Shown in pieces: positions 11,782 through 25,799 of a stretch of 64,000 nucleotides of DNA. The stretch spans positions 65,846,001 to 65,910,000 of the forward strand of contig NC_087436.1 in the NCBI RefSeq assembly GCF_036321535.1, written 5' to 3'. The notes under the pieces were generated by a model. The model saw only the letters and a program-made list of their open reading frames with translations, was not told where the DNA came from and made no database searches. How positions within the stretch are numbered: the stretch's first letter is position 1; each line of letters opens with the position of its first letter. Source of the DNA: Camelus dromedarius. Taxonomy: Eukaryota. Made by a program: the position numbers and the translations under genes.

Positions 11782-14700
11782 GTGGCCTGGCCTGTCTTTG
11801 ATACGTAAAGCAAATTATTTTGCTCAGCACTTCACTCCTTTGGCACAAATCTTTGACAAACTACTTCACATATTTTCTCTGAATATGGGTCAAATTAGAC
11901 TAAGTGAGGCTAATTACTACTTACTCTAATTATTGTTTACTACACCTGCATATGTATTTTTCTCATTATAATGTCATTACCATCAGATAGATGTCCCCTT
12001 GTTAGGGCCAGCAACTGGTGCATGTATATTTTCTGAACTGTATAGCTCCACGTAGTAAAATTCAGCAGTGTTCTTACTTTTGCCTTTTTGGGGGGGGGGG
12101 GGGTTGTTCCAAGAATGTGAAAATACCAGAATTTTCATCTTATTTTCCCTTGATTTACTTCTTCATCTCTCCTCCCTCTCTCTCACTCTTTCTGTCTCTC
12201 CCCACCTCTAGCTCTTGCTCTTGCTCTCCCAGTGTCTCCTCATACTTCTCCACCCTTGACAGATTATTTTTGGTTTCCCATGAATGCAATTACTTAATAC
12301 CTTGTATTTTCTACAAACAAATCTTGATACACCTCTCTTTGCTATAAAAGGAGGGAAACTGTTAGCTAACACACTTAGGATGCTATCTAAGGTTTGACAG
12401 TGGGAGGGAACAATGTAGAGTTTTCGTCTTATTTTGTGTCTTTAAATTCTAATATAATTTTTAAATTTTCTGTAAAGATTCTTACCCATAACTTATACTA
12501 ACTGATACTTAGGATATGGAAAATGAAATTTAATTTTAGAGATGATAGAGTAGAATACTATAGAGATAGAGCAATGAAACTAGAAACTTTTCATGAAGAA
12601 TACTAAAATATTTATATAGGTATCAATTCTAATTTCAAATAATATGCACACTTCATTTTGCCTCTTCAGTTTCTAATGATACTTCTGATCTTGCAGAATG
12701 CATTGCAGAGCTGCTTTTCCTAATTTGGTGATGTTCTTATAGTTTCAAAAGTATGTATGTTAAACTTGATCTACTAAAAGCCATGAGAGTAGCTGGCTAG
12801 TAAATATGGTATAAAACTATATTTTACTAGGGGAGACAAAAGGCAGATGTTTTGATATCCTTTGAAGGATGGCCAAAGAGATAATCGGAATACAATGGGA
12901 AATAATTGTAGAAATAACCGCAGTTTAAGGAAAATATACACAAAAATGCCCTTCTGAACCTTAGGCTCTTTCAGGTGTTCCTCTGAAGAAATATATTGGT
13001 TTCTTTTAGGAATATTCTAAAATATTCCCAAGGTCTTTCTTTTTCAATCCATATTATAGTGTTTATGGCTGCTTTCTTTTAAGTTATTCTGGATTTTTGA
13101 GAATTGCTTTTTTTAGAAGATTATTTTAATTCTGTGGGACCATTGACCTTTCAAAGATTTTAAAATTCATGAAGGCTATAACATAGAAAAGTCATTGTAA
13201 TAATGTCAGTACTCTATATATCTCTAGTAACATTTGAAATGAACCTGAAACACATTATTCTTAAAGCCCTCTTTGTAAAACCTTAATCTCTTATACTGAT
13301 ATGTGTATGAAATTTGGTGTATTTCAGGAAGCTTTTCAAATTTGTTAGAATTCCTAGGCTTGGATTTCTCAGGGGGGAAAAAAAAAAGACTTTCCTGAGG
13401 GTTTTTGGTACATAGAACATATAGAATAAACTTTGTTTAGGCTCTTCAACTAACATATATGCTAGTGTTATCAGGCAGGATTAAAAACATTACAAAATCT
13501 AATCTATAAAAATGTTATTTTATCTCATAGAATTTTGGATTGCAGAAAGACAATACTTGTGATAGTAAATTGTGGATATTCCAAAATACTTAAGAAAATG
13601 CCATTGAGAAATATTTATTCCTTATATTTTATTGAATCATATCAGTAATAACAATTCATGTTTTGACTCTACGATAAGCTAAAACTGACTTACGCTCACT
13701 TTAAAAAATTACATAATAATCATTAAAAGGAAACATAGGTTTCTTTAAGAAGTAAATGTAATATTTAAGGGCTAGAAATGACAAAGTTCCGGATATGCTT
13801 CATTCCAAAGTCTGTATCTTAACCATTCCAGTATACTGTAATCTATGCTAAGCAGTATCTCAAACATTCTTATGTTTCTACTTACTGTTTTAATGTAAGT
13901 AATTTTAATATGAATTTAATATTGATTTAATGTTAATATATAGTATTAATTTAATATTTTAATACTAATTACTTAGTTGATACTCTTCCTGAGATCTATT
14001 CCTTGAGCTATATCCACATATATAACTCATTTCATTAATATATGTAATGAAATTGTTCATTTTAAGATAGTCATGTGGTTCAATGTGATTTTATAGATGT
14101 ACTCACAGAATTCACTAATTGTTAATGTGATAGATTTGACTCTGATTGATTTTTTACATCTTCATCATTTTTCTTTTCCAGATGATTAAAGTATTTCAAC
14201 TTTCTGTAGGTCTATTTCAGAATCATTAAAAAATGTGATATTTACTTTATATTTAAAAAATCTCTTTGTAGTTATAAACTTCTATTAGGCATACAGTATA
14301 AATTGTGCCATTTCCATACTTTTTAGTCTGTCCTCTATGCTAGGTTTTCAAATATTTTAAAACTCATAAACTAAGCAAAATTTTACCCAAAGTTTTCATT
14401 TTGTTCACTCATTATTATAATGTGTTTCTTAATAAAATATTTAAAATGCAATATTGTAACAGAAGTTACAGAAAATATTAAGCTTTACTTTAATAAGAAG
14501 AACGAGCTCTTTTTATTGGCTTTCTTACTTGTCTAATTGCATATCTCTTACTTTTAACACCATCTAAATAAATGCAGAACAGATGCCAGGATTAGAAATA
14601 TTAAAGATTTATTGGATGTAAGTGTTGTTTAAAGTGAATTTTTTAAAATTCTTTCATTTGAATATACAGTTATAAGACAACTTCAGAATGATTTTAACTA

Positions 14701-16599
14701 CTTAAAAAAACACATATTTATTTCATTAGTCTAATGTATTTATTTCATTAGTCCAATGTCATCTGTTAGACATATAAAGAAGTTTGCCAAGAAAATTGGT
14801 TCAATTTTCTAACTCCATAAATGCTGCACCAACACATGTAGCTATTTGTTAAGTATGGTGGCTAGTTATTGTGAGTCTCATTAAATAATGACACTATTTT
14901 GTATAAAGTTTCAAAGTATTAAGTTTTAACTTCAGGAAATGCAGTCATGGACAGCCTCTATGACTTAAGCAGATAAGCCTTATTCAAACCTTGGTGAAGG
15001 ATGTTTACATCATGTAACTTCAGAGGTACTGAATAGACCTCTGCCTAAAAAATAAAGTCACATATTTTGCAATTTAAAGGGTTTTTTCCCCCTTATTTTA
15101 AGGTTTCAATCTTTTGCTAGGTTGCAAGTGCCTCTGATAATACAATATTTTGGGCTTCACATTTTAAAAATTTATTCTTTAATTTGAATTGATTTTTGTT
15201 TCAGATTTTTCATGAAATGAGAAAGAGCTATTGTGCTCTCTCATGTCTGAGATAGAGGTGTAAAATCACCATAATACTTGAAGAGTTTAGAAAGCGAAAG
15301 ATGGAGACAATAGAACTAAAATGAACTTCTTCAACATGTTGTGCTTCAGAGAAATGCTGCTATTACATGATGAATCAGAATTACAGGCAATATGAGATCC
15401 TCAGATAAAAGTTCCTCTGTTAGACACAATAAAAATATTTATCTAAGAACTAAAAATATATAATTAAGAGTAGTATGTTTTATTTATAGTCCATTCTCCT
15501 GAAATGTTGAATATAGAGGTAGACTGAGATGTCAACAGGAAATAGTGGTCATTAGTGAGGCTGCAAATTCAAGTATGTACATTAGCCTAGTCATTAATGC
15601 ATAGGAAAGATGATCTAGTGGGGTCTGTGGTGAAGGGGAATAGGAAAGAACAGGTGTCTTCTATTTATTCTCATCAGCAGATCTTATGAAAATTACCCTC
15701 ATTTATGTAAATCTATAAGAAGTTAAATATTGGAAAATGATTCATTTAATTAAAAATACTAAAAACTACATGAAAATTAAAATAATACTTATTATCACTC
15801 ATTTATTTAACAAATATTTACTAAATCCCTACTATACACCATATATCATAGCATTTAATCAACCATAACATCCCCAAGAGCCATATCTTCCATAAAATAA
15901 CAGATAATATGGTCAAAATGACTATTTTTTTCCAAAGTGTTACACTGTGAGTGTTTCCTAAAGTTTAATACTCACATACATATTAGGTAATATATGAGGT
16001 AGTTTAATTTTAGGAGTACTCTAAAGAGGCAAATACACCAGGGAATATACAACCCCTTCTTAGGGCAGGAGAGTGTAAAAAGAGGGAATCTAAGGAAGAG
16101 GTTAAGCTAAGAAGAAGGTGATAAGCAAATCTCAGGCTACATTTTTCAGGTTCTGTGACATTGCTATAATCATAGGGTGCACTTCCACACACAGACACAT
16201 GCATGCACATACCAACAGCTCCCAAATATACCCAGCACAAAATATGAAATTATAGAAAACTGCTACACTAGCAAGAGTATTGCTATACTAGCAAGAGATG
16301 ATCACATGAGTAAAGTAGGTGGGATTCGGGCATCCTTAGGCTGAGATAACCGTGGAGAGCCCACTGGGGAAGTCTAGTTCATGGAGTCAAGGACCGAGTG
16401 CTTTGAGAAGATTAAGGTATAGTTTGGATTTTGACTGAGAATTAGTTCCATTTGATGGGTTGGAAAATTTAAGGCTGTTTATTGAGTACCCTTGCAGCTA
16501 GTATCCTTGATGCATGTAAGATTCTATTAATGATACATAATCAGTCAATACTGAGTAGATGGAAATAGAAAAGAGGCTATCTTTTTTTTTTTTTTAAAC

Positions 16600-16900
16600 C
16601 CAGTAACTGCTGGCAAAAAAAATTAGGAAATACCTGAGTATCTATTGGTGCCAGACTCTGTGTTCCAGTGTTTAGTCACCAGCAATTTGGTTGGGAGAGC
16701 CAGTTTTCAAGGCAGCAATAATGGTAGTAACAGTCCAAGATTCCTTGTCTGGTTTGCAGCTACATTAGTGTGACCTCCTCCTAACTCCACTCCTTCAGTT
16801 CTTCTAATAATTTTTTTATGCACTAATGCCAGGAATTAAATAGTTTATCCCTGAAATACTCAGAGTAGCGTCTGTTTTCTTCACTGAACACTAACTGATT
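16600..16900 (+). mobile_element. Ancient ERVL-class LTR fragment
   Basis: Tail ...ctgaaatactcagagtagcgtctgttttcttcactgaacactaactgat. Confidence 0.45.
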
Positions 16901-18689
16901 TTGATGAGGACTGAGCAATATCTTAGGGTACAGACATGATTAAGATTTATGGATTATATGATGAATGTTTTAATGAGAGCTCCTCATCTGACACCATTGG
17001 AAGAGATACACTGAAGGTTTTTACCCTGGAAATATTTCTCTTGTTTAGCTTTAGATGATCTTCATGTATCCACTCTGGTTCAAGAAATACAGAGTCTGGG
17101 ATCTGAATGGGGTGTATCTCTGATTCCTGACCCCACTCCTCCAGTTCTGATTTTTCTATTCTCAGTCTCCTTCAACATATTTTTTCACTAATTCCTTCTT
17201 CCCCAATTTGTTCATGTAATCTCTTGGAAAAATCAGGGTTTTTTTTTTTTAATCCACTCTTCATAATTTGTTGTTAAAGGCACAAACTTGAAGCTCTGAT
17301 AATCAAAAGCAGATAATTCAGAATTGTTCTTTTGGAATTATAAGCTCTAGTGGGTAATGAATAATTCCTGAAGGAAGTTCAAGGACAACTGAATGAGCTA
17401 AACAGACCTCTTTACTCAAGACTGCAGGAACAAATTGGAAAGAGTGTAGCATTTTGCAAGATAAATTATCTGAATCTTTTATAAGATACTAAGAAGAGTG
17501 ACTAATGGAAGAACAGCAACAACAGCATTATTTAGTATTAAACACTTTGTTAGGACCACTGTGATGTACTCATTGCCTATCATATTTCTACTATGGTTTA
17601 AAAAACAAAACAAAACAACTTTTGACTAGCCTGGCAGTTAAGGATTAATATTGGAATTGATGGTTTAAATTTATTTATGTTTATTGCTTGTGTTGTCATC
17701 ATTCTTCCCAGTAGCAGGATTCTGAAGAATTTTGTCCCAACCTAGACAATTTCCTGTTTCTAATTCCCAATAATGAAAAAAGATGAGAAAGATAAAAATT
17801 AAAATTTTCTATATTTATATGTCCAATTTGATCAAGTACTGATTTTGAGGGTTACTTTATTTTGGTTTGAGACTTCTTTAGCTGTATTTGGCAGACAGGC
17901 ATATTGATTGAATAGACCCATCTGTTGTCCCAGCAATTAGTTGGCTTGCACCTAGACAAATCAGGCGTATATCCAATGTGAGAAGAGTCTTCTGTGGGAG
18001 GCCTTGATTATGAAAATAAGATTTAGCTTCCAAGTGAAATGCCAAGTGAATCTAGGCCATAAGCCTGTGAATTCATTTATGGCATTTTGGAGCTTTCCTA
18101 AGGCACACACCATTTATTCAAAGTATTAATTGAAAAAAGTTCATTTGTCAGAATGAAATTGGCTTCAGCTTCACTTTGGGTAATTCTTTGGTTTTTTAAA
18201 ACACTCAAATCACAATTGATACAGTGGGTATCATTCATTGTTAGATTTACTTGAGTTCTACTAAAGCTGAACATATTAATATTTGCATATTTGTACAAGT
18301 ATTTTAGCAGAATATTTTCATACAATTCAGCTTATAAAAACCTTTCTGTTGAAACCTAAGGTCAAATTGAAAACCAATGTAGTTCAAGTGCTCATCATCT
18401 GTCTACTGTCAAGTAAGGAACAGCAAGAAAAATCCACTTTTTCACAAAATGTCTCCCCTGTTAATTAATCAGTTTATTGACTGATTTTAGTTTTTATGCT
18501 CAAAGTATAAGTACAAATGCCACTTTTCCTTATTGGAAAGCATCTTAACTTATATAACTTGATATATCACAATAAATTCACCCACTTATTCATATAATAA
18601 ATACATATGGGAAACTAACTTTAACTAGCATCCTAGATCCAGATTATACAGTAACATAAAGAAAACATTAAAATTTAATGAATAAACAA

Positions 18690-19360
18690 ACACTGTCCTT
18701 TTTGAATTTAGGGTCTAGTATAGATAAAGAGGTGTAGTAAATAGAATTAATAAATTATATAGTAGTTTATTATATATATGTGTTCTGGAGAAAATAAAAC
18801 AGAGAATAAAAATAAGAGTGTTAGAGTGTGTCTACCAGTTTTGAATGGAGTGGACAGAGTTGTAACTGAGAAGGTGATAATTGAGTGAATAGCAGAATGA
18901 CATGACAGAATGAACCCTGCCAATTAGGGAGCAGAGAGAACTAGGCAGAGAGATTAGCACATGTCCTGAGGCAGGAGTGTGCCTAGTGAGCTAAGGAATA
19001 GCCAGGAGTCAGTCTGCTTGAAGCAGTGATTAGAGAGAGAGCAACTGGAAATGAGAAAAGAGGTAATGGACCTTTATCATGACTCTAATTTTTTCACAGG
19101 GTGGTATAGGGATCATTGGAAGATTTTGAGCATAAGAAAAGAGGTAATCTGGATTTAAAAAATAAAAATAGAGTTTATCTGGAGAGAAGTAAGTAGAGAG
19201 GTACAGTAGTAGAAGCAGGGAGGCCAGTTAGTAAGCAACAGCAATCCAGTTGATAGATGATGGTGATTTTGCCCACAGTGGTAACAGTGGAAGTATAATG
19301 ATTATTAGAGTCCAGATTTTTTGTAGGTAGTACCCAAAGAATTTGCTGAAGATTGCTGAA
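18690..19360 (-). mobile_element. L2 fragment
   Basis: actgagaaggtgataattgag, gtcctgaggcaggagtgtgcct, ggaagattttgagca, gaagcagggaggccagttag. Confidence 0.8.
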
Positions 19361-19539
19361 GATCAACATATCTGAACAAAATATTTGGGTTAAAATTAAT
19401 TTCCTTGTGTGCTTCTTAACTATTTTGATAACAGAAGTGCAGGCCTCTTCTTCCAACACAAAACGCTCAACTTTAAGTATTGCACCTTTGTGCAATTCCA
19501 TGATATACCCTATGTTAGAAACATGTTACATTCAGTCCT

Positions 19540-20490
19540 GTTAATTAACAATCATCTCACTATTCAGACTGCACTCTTTTTCCTCCAGATCCTTTATTCA
19601 AATATCTCATTGTGCAAATTCTTCAACCTTAGTAATACTCCAATCTATAGACCTACACAACTATCTTCACTTCCTCTTGCTCAACTTAAATTACACGATT
19701 CATTGTTTCAGCTATTTCTTTTCAAACAGCCTTAATATCAATACATTTCTCTCATCTCACCTTATTTAGCTAATAAATCATAATAACATTTCAACTCAAA
19801 TATCATTTTTTTCACTTTATACCTAATAAATTACAGGTTTCTTGAAAAAAAAAACACAACCAAGTGAGATTGATTTATCTAAAAATCGTATCAAATACAC
19901 TCAATACCACTATGAAGCCTATAATGATTCAATCAATTTTTTTGCTTCCTACCCAAGAAGAATTATTATTAGATGCACTTATACTTCTATACTCTTATTC
20001 TCTCAAATGATTCCCTAGATACACCCTTATTTCTCTACATGAACTTTCCCTTTAAATGATTCATTCATTTCCAAAGTTTAAATATCATTTACACACTGGT
20101 TATTTCCAGATTTTCTTCTCTAATCAAGACCTCTCCCTTAGCTCTAATTAACATATCCATTTGCTTACTTGACTCCACCGGGATGTTTCATATGCAGGTC
20201 AAACTTAATCCCAAAACAGAACTTAATAGGAAATCTATTTTTCTTTTAATTTTTTTATGAAGTATATGGTTAGTTACAATGTGTCAGTTTCTGTTATACA
20301 GCACAATGCCCCAGTTCATACAATGGTATACTACTCAGTCATAAAAAAGAAGAATAAAATAATGCCATTTGCAGCAACATGGATGGACCTAGAGGAAATC
20401 TATTTTTCTTCTCCCAGAGAAACATTATTTGTTCAGATAACCAGGTCAGATATTTAAGATTTATCTCTGATTTTTCCACTTTCCTCATCA
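19540..20490 (+). mobile_element. L2 fragments, interrupted by the L1 at 20246-20392
   Basis: tttaaatatcatttacac...gacctctccc...acatatccatttgcttacttgac...caaacttaa; the left part is weaker. Confidence 0.6.
20246..20392 (-). mobile_element. Very short 5'-inverted (twin-primed) L1 with 18-bp TSD
   Basis: TSD aggaaatctatttttctt at 20228-20245 and 20393-20410; minus-strand L1 tail 20246-~20319 joined to plus-strand ORF2 C-terminal piece (TMVYYSVIKKKNKIMPFAATWMDLE). Confidence 0.92.
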
Positions 20491-21254
20491 CCTAACTCCT
20501 GGTTTATATAACTTAATCAAATTTATGACTTCTATAGTACTTGTAGCTTTAGAAAGAAAATATGACTATAACAACTGTATACTATATACAATGAATGCAT
20601 TAAGTTGACACATATGTCCATCAAATGTCTCTTTGATGTCTTCTATAATTGTTCCTTAGGTATTTCACTATTGTTCTATCATTTAGATATCCAGCTGTTT
20701 CTTTACCATTGATACTATTTTAATCATTATTGACATAATATACTAGTAATTTAAGTTCCTTTATGCCATTGAATGGTAAAGATTCAATGCTTCAAATTAG
20801 CATGATTACTTAAATTACTATATTCAGAACCACAGTTATCAAATATAGACGTTATTAATATAATTGTTCAAATTACATAAATGTAAGATATAATCTAATA
20901 CTGCTCATCAAAACTTTTCATACCAGTTTCTGAGATGCTTTGAACTTTAGGGGCCATAATCAAATTATCTTAACCAGATTATCTTTCAGAAAACATATCA
21001 ATGTAAACGAATGCAAATTTTCATGGAAATAGTTAACTAATTTTTTTTTCATAATTAAACACATTTCAGTGAAATGTAGTTAGTTTTAATATTCTGCCAT
21101 TGAGTTTATAAGCTTGTGAAAAGACTGGAACAATCAACTTATATTGTACTTAGTGTAGTTTTGATTATTTAAAAAATAAATCATTCTTACTATCTAATAG
21201 TCAATCTAAAGCTACAATTTATATGTATACTGTGTACAACTAGTTTCTATCATC

Positions 21255-21600
21255 TGTAAAGGTTAGGTTTATGTGTCATTTTGTTAGGCTGTAATAACCA
21301 GTTATTCAATTAAACACTAAAAAAGGGTTTGCGGTGAAGGTATATTATAGATGTAATAAATGTCTACAATCAGATGACTTTAAAAGATATCTTTGATAAT
21401 CTAGGTGAGCCTTATATACAAAGTTGAGAGGCCCTAAGAATAAAACTGAGGCTTCTTTGAGGAAGAAGAAATTCGGCCTCATGACCAGAGCAGCATCAAC
21501 CCCTATTAGAGAGCCTCTAGCCTGCTGGCCTGTCCCTACATATTTCAGACTTGCCAGTCCTAAAAATCATGTAAGTTGATGCCTTGAAATAAGTGTCTTC
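21255..21600 (+). mobile_element. MLT2-family (ERVL) LTR
   Basis: tgt...tttatgtgtca..., taatctaggtgagcctt, aaaactgagg...gaagaagaaattc, atttcagacttgccag. Confidence 0.85.
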
Positions 21601-21682
21601 ATATGTATATATAATATATTATATATATATATGTATGAATATATAATATATTTTATATATACATATATATACACATATATAC

Positions 21683-21722
<40 letters not shown>
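21601..21722. repeat. Compound (TA)n/(TG)n microsatellite at the MLT2 3' end
   Basis: Directly visible. Confidence 0.9.
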
Positions 21723-21724
<2 letters not shown>

Positions 21725-22562
21725 CTCTGTCCCAAAACTATAGCTCTTTGCTTTTGCGCATGCATACATTTAACTTTAAAAGTTGTGAAATAATTTTTAA
21801 TCTAATTTTAAACTGTAAATGTGTGTATGTGTGTGTGTGTGTTGAGACGTAAATTTAAGGGGTAGCAATGTGGAGAAATTTTCTTTATTCTTAGTATTCA
21901 ATTTTGAGCTCTGGATTTAAGGAGTAAAGAGCATTAAAAAATTTTTTTAAGTATACTTTTCATAATATTAGCTATTAAATTCTCAGTGAACTTTTCTCCA
22001 AAATTATCTATAAAGGATAAGATTTATGAAAGATTATATGTCTTTAAAATGATATGCCTTATCAGTTTGTCACATGTGCTTTATATACTTCTTTTAATAC
22101 AAATTATAACAATGCTATTTAGCAACTGAGGTTCTGGAATCATATGAGTTTACAGATTATCTTGATTGAATATATCTAGGTCACAAAGTATATAACAATG
22201 GTTTTACCTGTATATTGGTAACATCATGAATGAAAAATAAAAATATTAAAATAATAAAATATAGCAAAAGAAAAGAGGGCCTTATGCTAAGCAATGGAGC
22301 ATAGTGTTATAAACCGAAGAATTAAACTAATTTAAGTATGTGTACCTAAAGACACCGACAAAGAAGAAAACAGAATATATTTAGAGCAGTACTGTGACCT
22401 GAACCATAGTCTAATCAAAGGTTCTTATGAAAAGAAAATCTACCTATTATCACCTTGTGAAATACATTTGCCTAGTTCTCCCTTTTAAAAAAAGACACTC
22501 TTTTCCATTTTAAAAATATATAAATGATAACCAGATTCACTAAAATTAAGAATCTATGAAAA

Positions 22563-22867
22563 AATTTAAATAATTAAATAAATAAATGAATAAATATAAC
22601 AAAACAGAAACAGATTCATAGATACAGAGAACAAACTAGTGGTTACCAGTAGGGAGGATGAAGGAGGAGGGGAAAGACAGGGGGCAGGGAATTAAGAGAC
22701 ACAAAATATTACGCATAAAATAAATAAGCTGCAAGGCTTTAGGGTATAGCACAAGAAATATAGCCAATATTTTATAACTTTAAATGGAGTAAAATCTATA
22801 AAAATGTTGAATCACTATGTTATACACCTGAAACTAATATTGTAAGTCAACTATATTTCAATAAAAA
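22563..22867 (+). mobile_element. 5'-truncated L1 3' UTR (~300 bp) with degenerate 15-bp TSD
   Basis: atacagagaacaaactagtggttacc...tacacctgaaactaatattgtaagtcaactatatttcaataaaaaaa; flanks aagaatctatgaaaa (22548-22562) and aagaaagtatgaaaa (22868-22882). Confidence 0.88.
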
Positions 22868-24779
22868 AAGAAAGTATGAAAAGTATCAAAATCAAAACAG
22901 ATGTTCTACAAATGCCACTTATAGAGGTTTCACTAGATGACAGAAAAATGAGAAGCATTTACATAATGTCTAGGACTTAATAACATACATGGAAAAGTTT
23001 TTTCCTCTTCTAATGTAAAGAGAAAAGAGAACATATATCTATGCACAAATAAAAATGTCCTGAAATGTGTGTATATAATAAGGGCATTGAACTAACAATA
23101 GTTATATGAGAAAATAAAAACTACTCTTGTTACTGGATATAAATACATTCAGTGATTAAAATTAATTTACAAAATCTACTCCTAAATTCAATAACAAATA
23201 GTACATTCCCTTGGGCTATGTCTAGAATAATATAACCTATATTTCTGATATAATCAAAATAAAATAGATTAAGAAATAAACACCCACCACAATAGTATAT
23301 TTTGACCCAAATTCTATCATTTAAATGCCAACCTGAAATTAAGTGATTTTTTTACTTTTACCCATCTTCTTGTTGCTCCTGGCAAGGATAAACCTTTGGC
23401 ATAATCATCATCTAATGAACATTTTAATAAAACTTTTTCTTACTAATAATACAGTGTTTTCAACCTCTTCAGTATTCCAAATGTTATAATATGAACTATA
23501 TGAACATTAGAATCCCAATTCTAAGCTTTCTATTTCTTTTTTGCCATAATTACAATTAATTCATTCCACAAATAAACTCAGGCTTATTAAAAACAAATAC
23601 AATGCAGACACAAACACACTTTGAGAGAAATCCCTTAAAATGTTTAATATCTTAATATGTTTAAACTGTGGAATAAATTGGTAATTTTCTTTATGCTTGT
23701 ATTATTTGTCTACATTTGTTACTGTAATCACGTATGGTTTCACAGTAAAGAAAAACATATTAGAATAGCTGATATTTCATTTTTCTTTAACTCTTTCAAG
23801 TGAAAAAAGAACACTGAATTGGTAATATTTAACAAAGACTTTATTGGTTAAAGCATCAACTTTTTTGCATCATGGCACACATAAAAAGAGATATTTTTAG
23901 GGAACACTACGTTAAATAAAGATGCTTGAGGCTCACAGTTGTCAGCCTAATTAATTGATGTCCTGAAACTGAGGCCATCAGTATCTTGGCATTTTGGTAA
24001 TTCAAAACCTGCACACCAGGTTTACTGCACTTTGAGGGGAGGTCTGGATTATATTAAGACATATTATCATACAAACATTTCAATTACTCCTCAGAGCAAT
24101 GCAACTAAATTTTTGATAGTACCATTTCCATTACTGATTTTCTTGTTTGTTTGATGATTAGGCTTTCAGAATCAACTAAAAATGTTAAATAACAGTCAAG
24201 CATGTGTTATTTAAGTTCTTTATAGAAGGTGAATATAATATTTTCCTGTAGTGTTTTCTTTTAAATTTTCTTCCTTTTTATGTAAATAAAGTTTTTCACA
24301 AACTAAACCAAGGTTTAAAACTACGGATAATGATAAAGGAAATCTATGCTCTCAGGAGCTGCTAAAGTGTGAAGTTTCAAACCTTATTCTTTTCAATGAA
24401 TAAATTTATTTTATAATGTGCTTGTTTATAAATATCTGCATAAAATTCTGGACAGTCTCATAAATATAGTATTATAAGCCATTATTATATATTAGGTGTG
24501 GCTAAACATGAGTACTTAAAATTTTATCATCACTAACATTAAATTATTCTAAATGAGTAAGCAATAAATGTATGAGTTGTTTGTTAAATTTATATAATGA
24601 ATTAATGCATAATTCAAATTGTATTAAATTAGCCTATTTAATAAAAGAAATAAATCACATTGGACTAAACTGGGATGAAATAGTGTATTAATTTTATAAT
24701 ACTGCTTCATAAAGTTATATTTAAAATAACTCTTTTCTCATCTTTACCCCTCTTTTCAAGGTAACATTCTATTTATCCT

Positions 24780-25580
24780 TATTCTGACAAATATCTTTAA
24801 ACAAGTTTTTAACCTTTGTGACTGCAAATTCACTCTTTAACCTTTCCAATCATAATTTCTCCTTACCCATCTGAAGAAACCACTGTGTCAAGGATATCAG
24901 TGACTACTTAATCTGTGACCCTCTAGCACTTCACTATTTTTCTCTTTGAATTTAATGGCACATAACCCAGCTGGCTTCTCATTAAATCTTGGAAGTCTGT
25001 TTTCTTCGTTTCCATCAAAATACTCACCTTGGGTTTTCTTCTGCTTCTTACTGATTTATCTTTCTGTTTGTATCCCTGGAGACATGAAAACTATGTCTCC
25101 AAACTCTATACCAGCATTCTGTAATTCTTGAATGTTAAATTTATTTCAAATATAATGGTTCTAAAAATTCATTATTTATCATTCATCAGCATCCCAATTA
25201 CCTTGTTAGTCATTTTCAGAATCTATAAGGTATCTCTGGCTCATTTCTCTCCCATATCTCTCACATTTAATAAGTTACTAAACTCCTCAAATTCTACCTT
25301 GAAAATAACTATTCATCAATTCTTTGTTTTTCATTCTCTACAACCCCACCACCATTTTGCTTGTTAAGACACTTATCTATTTTCAGGAATATTATGTATC
25401 ACCTGAATTCACAATCAAGAGACCCTCAGAGCTACAGTATTATCATCCACATTATTACTAAAATTATTTCTCAGATGCAATCATGACAATTATTCTGCTT
25501 AAGATACAGTTATGAATTCATATTGCCTGCAAGCAGAAGTCTAGGCTTTGTGTAATGGTGTAAAGCTTTCTAATCAATTT
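24780..25580 (+). mobile_element. Highly diverged L2 remnant
   Basis: Pyrimidine-rich; tgtcaaggatatcagtgac, tattgcctgcaagcagaagtctaggct. Confidence 0.5.
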
Positions 25581-25799
25581 TATGTCAGTTATTATTTGAA
25601 AGTCAGCCTTACTCTTTCTCCCCAGAGTGGACATTTTCTTTGTATTCATTACCTGTCTCACACTCGGCACCCAATGGAGGCCAGACATTTCTTTTTTTCA
25701 TCCTTATATTTTTGTGTCCTACAATTTGTCAAAAAAAAAAAAAAAGTGCTACTACCAAGAATCCGAACCTTAAGGAATTCATGAAAATTCACAGAAAAG

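Noticed and set aside
23850..24045. Possible hAT DNA-transposon remnant
   Set aside because: Too diverged to assign; no terminal inverted repeats or TSD identified
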